Positions 59,552 through 64,000 of a stretch of DNA of 64,000 nt are shown piece after piece (the first letter of the stretch is position 1; each line of letters begins with the position of its first letter). This stretch comes from a virus. Its lineage: Duplodnaviria; Caudoviricetes. Under the pieces are notes generated by a model. That model did not search any database. It was not told the DNA's origin and worked only from the letters and a program-made list of their open reading frames with translations. Location of the stretch: IMG/VR virus record IMGVR_UViG_3300028175_000001. One strand, given 5' to 3'. A program made the position numbers and the translations under genes.

Positions 59552-59755
59552 TTAAATATTATTATTAAAACCTTCTTTTATTTGCAATAAACCTTTTGTT
59601 CCACAATGGGGACAATACATTGATTTTACTATTTTCTTATGCATTTCTTCTTTATTGTCAATAGTTTTTACATAACTCCACCATTTCTCGCATTTTCCAC
59701 AATTAAAATGATATAACATTTCATAAACAAAAACATGTTCCCATTCATCGAGCAT
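59552..59755 (-). CDS. Small zinc-ribbon protein
   Basis: CGKC...CPHC. Confidence 0.65.
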   Translation of the reverse strand: MLDEWEHVFVYEMLYHFNCGKCEKWWSYVKTIDNKEEMHKKIVKSMYCPHCGTKGLLQIKEGFNNNI

Positions 59756-59818
59756 AACAATTTCTTTCTATTGCGTAAATGTTTTGTCAAAAAAACCAAA
59801 GTAACATATAAGGATTCC

Positions 59819-60067
59819 TTAATTTAAATAGGGCGAGTCTACATCTTTAACTTCGGGGCTTTTGGCAGACATTTTTTCACAAAAATCATGAAAATCATCT
59901 AAATTGTCTTCTTCGTGAAAATGAGCTTCATCATAACGTGTAAATAATTCTTTTGCTTCCCGCAACATTTCGACACGAAATTCGTGGATTGTGCCATCGG
60001 GCTCATGAGCCAATAAACAACCCTGTTCTTTTTTATAAAACAAATCTATACTTGTTATCGAAAACAT
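59819..60067 (-). CDS. Hypothetical acidic protein (start refined to ATG 60067)
   Basis: The track's 25-aa N-terminal extension overlaps a GC-rich structured element; MFSITSID is the more plausible start. Confidence 0.6.
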   Translation of the reverse strand: MFSITSIDLFYKKEQGCLLAHEPDGTIHEFRVEMLREAKELFTRYDEAHFHEEDNLDDFHDFCEKMSAKSPEVKDVDSPYLN

Positions 60068-60085
60068 TATTATATTATGTTGAAG

Positions 60086-60165
60086 TCGAATGATTGAAAG
60101 GGGCGCGGCCTGGGTGGTGGGGGTGCAGATCCATTCTTCCACTCAGACCTCCCTGCGCCATTCGA
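60086..60165. ncRNA. Candidate structured RNA: GC-rich nested stem element in an intergenic gap
   Basis: 42/60 GC over 60100-60159. Nested stems TCGAATG/CATTCGA, GGCGC/GCGCC and GCCTGGGT/ACTCAGAC. Strand and class unresolved. Confidence 0.45.
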
Positions 60166-60169
60166 AAAA

Positions 60170-60358
60170 TTATTTATTATTTGATGTTTTTATATTTATA
60201 AAAACATATAAAAGAGCAAAAAACACACCTAAAATAATAAAAAGCTGAAGAGGTAAAAACACTGCACTCCAGCTCCATAAAATATTACCTGTTAATTTTA
60301 ATATTATTAAAATTAACGTTATAACAAAAAATAATGGACCAATGGAAACAATTTTCAT
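60170..60358 (-). CDS. Small two-TM membrane protein
   Basis: Hydrophobic LFFVITLILIILKLTG.I.WSW..VFLP pattern. Confidence 0.7.
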   Translation of the reverse strand: MKIVSIGPLFFVITLILIILKLTGNILWSWSAVFLPLQLFIILGVFFALLYVFINIKTSNNK

Positions 60359-60576
60359 CTAGTTGATTTCCCAACAATCCTTGTATAAAAATCTCGGTCC
60401 ATTGAAACATTAATATTAGAACCCATTCTTTGATTTTCTGAAATCACGGGTTTAATTTGTTCTGGTACAATACATTCTAATTTTGTAATTTTACCACCTT
60501 TTTCTAAATATTCATCAATTTTAACATTTAAATTGCTTCTTGATATTTTAAATTTCTTTTTAGTCTTCTTAGCCAT
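60355..60576 (-). CDS. Hypothetical phage protein
   Basis: 73 aa basic ORF; IDEYLEKGGKITKL pattern. Confidence 0.65.
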   Translation of the reverse strand: MAKKTKKKFKISRSNLNVKIDEYLEKGGKITKLECIVPEQIKPVISENQRMGSNINVSMDRDFYTRIVGKSTR

Positions 60577-60620
60577 TTTTCTCGATTATAATAGGTTAAT
60601 TATAAAAAAACAATTTTCGT

Positions 60621-60664
60621 ATTTATTGTTTATTGAATACTTATTTATTGTTTATTGAATACTT
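60621..60664. repeat. Perfect 22-bp tandem duplication
   Basis: atttattgtttattgaatactt at 60621-60642 and 60643-60664. Confidence 0.9.
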
Positions 60665-60737
60665 ACGAATAAGACATTCAATACCATCCTCAATTGCTGA
60701 CCGATCTTTTACAAAGTTTCTCAGTCGTTTTACAATT

Positions 60738-61175
60738 TCAAGATATGTCACGAATAAAAACAGAATTCAAATCCTCAAATCCATTCCAATCATAACGAAA
60801 GTCGCAACCTTTTTCGGACAAAGTATGTAGTTCAGTGCAATCCCAAGTAGCAACTTGCCATTCATTCTTTGAGGCAACCCAAACATAAACATATTCAAGA
60901 TGTGAACTTTCTTTAATATATTCTTCAAATTCAAAATAGTTTTCATATGTTATTGGTTCGAGATCATTGCCCCGATCTGCATGAGAATCTTCAATCGATT
61001 TTTCTAAGGATGATGCGTAACCCAAAGACGTTGCCAGCTCATAGGCTTTTTCTTTATTATTATAGGTTTCTAACAACCGTTCACCAACACCTCTTATATA
61101 ACCATCATAATGTATGTATGATGTAGTAACTTTCCAATCCTCATCCATATATGCAACTAAACTGTTCGTACTCAT
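60738..61175 (-). CDS. Hypothetical phage early protein
   Basis: YIHYDGY..GVG..L..Y pattern; AAGGAG RBS. Confidence 0.75.
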   Translation of the reverse strand: MSTNSLVAYMDEDWKVTTSYIHYDGYIRGVGERLLETYNNKEKAYELATSLGYASSLEKSIEDSHADRGNDLEPITYENYFEFEEYIKESSHLEYVYVWVASKNEWQVATWDCTELHTLSEKGCDFRYDWNGFEDLNSVFIRDIS

Positions 61176-61216
61176 AATATATCTCCTTTAGCCTATTATA
61201 ATCACATTATCATAAA

Positions 61217-61303
61217 TTAAAAAGAATACATAATAATTATCGTCAAATACATCATACCAAACAACAATAACGCTGTTGTAATTTCTTTAATCAACATAGT
61301 CAT
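61217..61303 (-). CDS. 28-aa hydrophobic micropeptide (below the ORF track cut-off)
   Basis: MTMLIKEITTALLLFGMMYLTIIIMYSF*; first ORF after the promoter at 61359-61387, with the same leader motif as gene 61397. Confidence 0.5.
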   Translation of the reverse strand: MTMLIKEITTALLLFGMMYLTIIIMYSF

Positions 61304-61358
61304 AATCAAATCTCAGTTGAGTTAAAACAGAAAGGAATAATTCCTAACCTTCACTTAT

Positions 61359-61387
61359 ATTATCTCAAATATAGGATGAAGTGTCAA
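61359..61387 (-). promoter_or_regulatory. sigma70-type early promoter
   Basis: TTGACA (61387-61382), 17 nt, GATAAT (61364-61359). Confidence 0.8.
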
Positions 61388-61396
61388 GTCTTTTCT

Positions 61397-61801
61397 TCAT
61401 TTGGTTCCAGTGTATGTGAAAGGCTTATCCCATTTTCCAATACCGGTAAAGACATAAAATGCCGTAGAAAAATAATCAGTCATCATATCTGAATCATCGT
61501 ACCAATCTTTTCCCCCATCTTTTGCAGGAGCGGTTTTGGCAATCGTGTCAATTCGATCTAACAGTGTCTTTACTTCGTCTTTCGGAGTCATCCAAGGAGA
61601 AACTCTTCCGAACCCATATCCGTTCCCTTCGTTACAATCGTATTCTGGATTGGCCTCTAAATTCCATTTAGTAGATGACAACAATTTAATATCTACACCA
61701 GAGTGGTGTCTGTTTTTCACTGAAAATTTCAGTGTTTTTCCGAACTCTTCTTTAAGAGCTTTACGGATTGATTTCGTTTCTTCTGAACTAAGATGGGCCA
61801 T
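61397..61801 (-). CDS. Early protein resembling LPD29/LPD25-type polyvalent-protein domains (start refined to ATG 61801)
   Basis: KFSVK..S.VDI and WYDDSDMMTDYFSTAFY..IGKWDKPF motifs; family assignment from recall. Confidence 0.55.
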   Translation of the reverse strand: MAHLSSEETKSIRKALKEEFGKTLKFSVKNRHHSGVDIKLLSSTKWNLEANPEYDCNEGNGYGFGRVSPWMTPKDEVKTLLDRIDTIAKTAPAKDGGKDWYDDSDMMTDYFSTAFYVFTGIGKWDKPFTYTGTK

Positions 61802-61850
61802 TTTCAAATCTCGTTTGGGTTAACTTAATCTTTACTCATTCTCTACTACT

Positions 61851-61879
61851 ATGGTATCAAATCCAGCTGAAAGTGTCAA
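61851..61879 (-). promoter_or_regulatory. sigma70-type early promoter
   Basis: TTGACA (61879-61874), 17 nt, TACCAT (61856-61851); spacer shares CTT..TTTGA with the 61359 promoter. Confidence 0.75.
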
Positions 61880-61898
61880 GCTAAACCATAATTATATA

Positions 61899-61973
61899 TG
61901 GTACTCCGTATGGGTTCTGCCCCCATCTGACTGCCTTGAAAGGACAGTGACCACACTAGCCGTCCCACGGAGC
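61899..61973 (-). tRNA. tRNA-Glu(UUC) with a non-canonical T-loop
   Basis: GCTCCGT/ACGGAGT acceptor, CTGTC-CTTTCAA-GGCAG anticodon arm, ATGGG-GGCAGAA-CCCAT T-arm, ACCA end. Confidence 0.85.
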
Positions 61974-61974
61974 A

Positions 61975-62289
61975 TTATTTATAATCAAACCATCTAATGG
62001 GTTTGTTGTATCGTGTTAATAGTTCGTCTAAATTTATAATCAATTCATCAGACTTGAAGTCCCAAAGCCAATCGCTTAATGCGTTCCAATCTTCTGTTTG
62101 CATCACAGGAAGATGGATTTCCCAACCACGAGGATGGAAGTTTTCGTTTTCGGAATCACCACCTCTAATATCAATTCTACCACCTGACCATTCACCACCG
62201 TGTTTATCTGTCCATTCTCGACCCTTTTCTAACAGACACCATTCGGCATCTATTGGCCCCATCCAGTTCGAACAATAATTATATTTCAT
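61975..62289 (-). CDS. Hypothetical Trp-rich phage protein
   Basis: 104 aa ATG ORF overlapping the upstream stop. Confidence 0.7.
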   Translation of the reverse strand: MKYNYCSNWMGPIDAEWCLLEKGREWTDKHGGEWSGGRIDIRGGDSENENFHPRGWEIHLPVMQTEDWNALSDWLWDFKSDELIINLDELLTRYNKPIRWFDYK

Positions 62290-62582
62290 GGTACTTTTGG
62301 CCCTGTTATACCACCGTGTTTTTCACACACTTCATCCACCACTTCGATAGGAACCCATCCATAAACTGTCCCTGTCAATTCATCTTTGTTTTCAGCATAA
62401 CTTTCTATCAACGATTCTGCTGAACTCGGAAAACCAATTTCAACGGTGTATGGCCCACTGTAATGGTAATGACTATTCTGCACGCTCATAGAAAATCCAT
62501 CTTTACATTCTACGACAGATACTAGCTCTGGCCGATATTTGAGGTGTCCTCTATATTTATTCATGTATGTTGATATATTCAT
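62286..62582 (-). CDS. Conserved hypothetical phage protein
   Basis: CKDGFSMSVQ..HYS..VEIGFPS..YAE..TVYGWVP..HGG pattern. Confidence 0.75.
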   Translation of the reverse strand: MNISTYMNKYRGHLKYRPELVSVVECKDGFSMSVQNSHYHYSGPYTVEIGFPSSAESLIESYAENKDELTGTVYGWVPIEVVDEVCEKHGGITGPKVP

Positions 62583-62869
62583 TCCAAATCCATGTTTAAG
62601 GTTTCTAAATCAGACATTTTAATTTCTTCCGTCATCATCAGTGTTAAAAAGCACGACCACGCATCGTCTTCTGTGCCAAAATCTTTATCGTATGAGGCAA
62701 ACCCCTTTTCAGATAATCCTCTCACGGATACTCTAAATGTGAAGATTACCGAATGTGGGGTGATGTCGCCATGATAAACTACGAGTGCCAATTCTTCACA
62801 TTCACCATGAACGGAAGTTTGGTGAAATGACAAATCAGTTTTTTTATATATTTCAACTCTCGGTATCAT
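62579..62869 (-). CDS. Hypothetical protein
   Basis: 96 aa ATG ORF directly after tRNA-Trp, overlapping the next gene. Confidence 0.65.
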   Translation of the reverse strand: MIPRVEIYKKTDLSFHQTSVHGECEELALVVYHGDITPHSVIFTFRVSVRGLSEKGFASYDKDFGTEDDAWSCFLTLMMTEEIKMSDLETLNMDLE

Positions 62870-62880
62870 ATCATTTTCTC

Positions 62881-62954
62881 TGGCTGGTCATGTAGGAATC
62901 GAACCCACGTCTTCAAGTTTGGAATTTGAGGTTTTACCATTAAACTAATGACCA
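62881..62954 (-). tRNA. tRNA-Trp(CCA)
   Basis: Cloverleaf; loop TTCCAAA; GGTTCGATTCC T-arm; CCA encoded. Confidence 0.92.
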
Positions 62955-62961
62955 TTTAAAC

Positions 62962-63036
62962 TGGAGCCTCGTATTGGAATCGAACCAATATCTGAAGATT
63001 ACAAATCATCTGTAATTGCCATTATACTAACAAGGC
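62962..63036 (-). tRNA. tRNA-Thr(UGU)
   Basis: Cloverleaf; loop TTTGTAA; TTCGATT T-loop; CCA encoded. Confidence 0.92.
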
Positions 63037-63038
63037 GT

Positions 63039-63114
63039 TGGTAGGCGTGGGTGGATTTGAACCACCTTTGGAAGTATATAAGACTCCGAGCTTAACCAAT
63101 TAGCAGACACGCCT
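63039..63114 (-). tRNA. tRNA-Ile(UAU)
   Basis: AGGCGTG/CACGCCT acceptor; GGAGT-CTTATAT-ACTTC anticodon arm; TTCAAAT T-loop; ACCA end. Confidence 0.9.
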
Positions 63115-63129
63115 ATTGTTACTAAAATA

Positions 63130-63203
63130 TGGCGGCCTTTGAGGTATTTGAAACCTCCCTAAATGCTTGACAAGCATTCGTGCTACCACTACACCAAAAG
63201 GCC
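63130..63203 (-). tRNA. tRNA-Asp(GUC)
   Basis: AATGC-TTGTCAA-GCATT anticodon arm; GCCA end. Confidence 0.92.
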
Positions 63204-63209
63204 AAATTG

Positions 63210-63286
63210 TGGTGGCGGAGGTGAGAATCGAACTCACTTTATACCTGCTTATGAGACAGGTCAAGATGCCTACCTTGCCCTCCGCT
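63210..63286 (-). tRNA. tRNA with CAU anticodon (Met, possibly initiator-like)
   Basis: CCTGT-CTCATAA-GCAGG; A1:C72 mismatch; A11-U24; ACCA end. Confidence 0.88.
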
Positions 63287-63313
63287 ATTGTTAAAATAAT
63301 CTTCTATGAAAAA

Positions 63314-63389
63314 TGGAGCGAGTAGAGGGATTCGAACCCCCACCAAAAGATTGGAAATCTCTTGTGCTACCCTTGAACACCATACTCGC
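63314..63389 (-). tRNA. tRNA-Gly(UCC)
   Basis: AGAGA-TTTCCAA-TCTTT; GGTTCGAATCC; TCCA end. Confidence 0.93.
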
Positions 63390-63401
63390 AGTCTATTATA
63401 G

Positions 63402-63671
63402 TTATTTTGCCAGAATAGTTAGTTTGTCAAGCTGTCCGATAGGATCATATCCTGGCATAATGTCACACACTCTATTATCTTTCAAATGAGTTTGTAATCG
63501 ATCACTAACGTGATCATATACACCTTCGTGTTGTTCCATCATATCAGCCATCATTGAAATCAGATAACCAAACTCGTGATATATTCTATTAGGTTCTGAT
63601 ACATCATAATGAACAGAACTTTCCTCCAACATCTGTTTCACTGTTTCTTCATTCTTACGCCAAGTATTCAT
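63402..63671 (-). CDS. Hypothetical protein inside the tRNA cluster
   Basis: 89 aa ATG ORF with AGGTGA RBS. Confidence 0.7.
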   Translation of the reverse strand: MNTWRKNEETVKQMLEESSVHYDVSEPNRIYHEFGYLISMMADMMEQHEGVYDHVSDRLQTHLKDNRVCDIMPGYDPIGQLDKLTILAK

Positions 63672-63713
63672 TTATCACCTGTATCATATTAAATATTTAT
63701 CATAATGTAAGTA

Positions 63714-63834
63714 AAGAGTAGATAGGAACATGAGCATGTCGCCCGTCTGTACACGCTCTTAGCGTGCCAACATTTATAATGAGACTCGATTACGGGATTT
63801 CTTGCGCTCCGCTTCCACATTCCTATCCACTCTT
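63714..63834 (-). ncRNA. Candidate ~120-nt structured small RNA with its own consensus promoter
   Basis: 5' AAGAGTGGATAGGAATGTG pairs with 3' CATGTTCCTATCTACTCTT (16 WC + 3 G-U), enclosing CCCGT/ACGGG and hairpins CATT-ATA-AATG and CACGCT-AAG-AGCGTG; begins at the predicted TSS. Confidence 0.75.
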
Positions 63835-63842
63835 CATATACT

Positions 63843-63871
63843 ATTATACAGTAAAGTAAACTGTTTGTCAA
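63843..63871 (-). promoter_or_regulatory. Perfect-consensus sigma70 promoter
   Basis: TTGACA (63871-63866), 17 nt, TATAAT (63848-63843). Confidence 0.9.
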
Positions 63872-63893
63872 GTTATTTCTCAACTATTTTCAC

Positions 63894-63985
63894 TGGCAGA
63901 GCCGACAGGATTCGAACCTGTGGAAGTTTTATTAAACCCCTCTTCATTAGCAATGAAGTGCTTTAGGCCACTCAGCCACGACTCT
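63894..63985 (-). tRNA. tRNA-Ser(GCU), long variable arm
   Basis: CTTCA-TTGCTAA-TGAAG; long extra arm; GGTTCGAATCC; GCCA end. Confidence 0.93.
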
Positions 63986-63993
63986 ATTAATTT

Positions 63994-64000
63994 TGGCGGA
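63994..64000 (-). tRNA. 3' end (..CCGCCA) of a further tRNA cut by the window edge
   Basis: tggcgga matches the CCA-end pattern of the neighbouring tRNAs; only 7 nt are visible. Confidence 0.4.

Noticed and set aside
59784-59789. sigma70 promoter from a TTGACA upstream of gene 59552
   Set aside because: There is no acceptable -10 hexamer at 16-18 nt spacing (AAAGAA).
25223-60200. Other TATAAATA matches on the minus strand (e.g. 40970, 42772, 60193)
   Set aside because: All lie inside coding sequence, and an 8-mer of only A and T is expected many times by chance at this composition.
63689-63883. 64-aa ORF in the track
   Set aside because: Its non-ATG start lies upstream of the consensus promoter it spans, and the region is better explained by the promoter plus a strand-specific structured RNA.
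1-64000. Stop-codon reassignment or selenocysteine readthrough
   Set aside because: Genes are full length and tightly packed under the standard code; no suppressor or Sec tRNA among those visible. The apparent gap at 1-1560 is an ORF running off the window.

Overview
AT-rich (~30% GC by eye) segment of a large T4-like myovirus genome, probably aquatic. Evidence: T4-type RNase H, a T4-like PD-(D/E)XK exonuclease, a T4 late-promoter motif before a virion-like gene, sigma70 early promoters and a CCA-encoding tRNA cluster. Almost everything is on the minus strand. From right to left: (i) 59.5-64 kb early region with small hypothetical genes, 8 complete tRNAs plus one cut by the window edge, perfect or near-perfect sigma70 promoters, and two unannotated structured-RNA candidates (63714-63834 and 60086-60165); (ii) 54.2-59.5 kb T4-like core genes; (iii) 6.1-54.2 kb, a ~48 kb, tightly packed, co-oriented biosynthetic island with 18 radical SAM enzymes (17 twitch/SPASM-related in three subfamilies plus one B12-binding), 2 stand-alone twitch domains, amidinotransferase, carbamoyltransferase, UDP-sugar dehydrogenase, flavin halogenase-like, ANL ligase, QueC-like, 2 nitroreductases, 2 PLP enzymes, 5 2OG-Fe(II)-type oxygenases, 4 SGNH-like proteins plus an internally deleted fifth copy, methyltransferases and many glycosyltransferase-like genes; (iv) an inverted two-gene late cassette (4315-6104); (v) two large multi-domain glycosyltransferase fusions, the leftmost running off the window. 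All functional calls come from motif reading only, with no database searches. The product of the island is unknown; a heavily tailored glycan or base on the virion, DNA or host surface is my inference.
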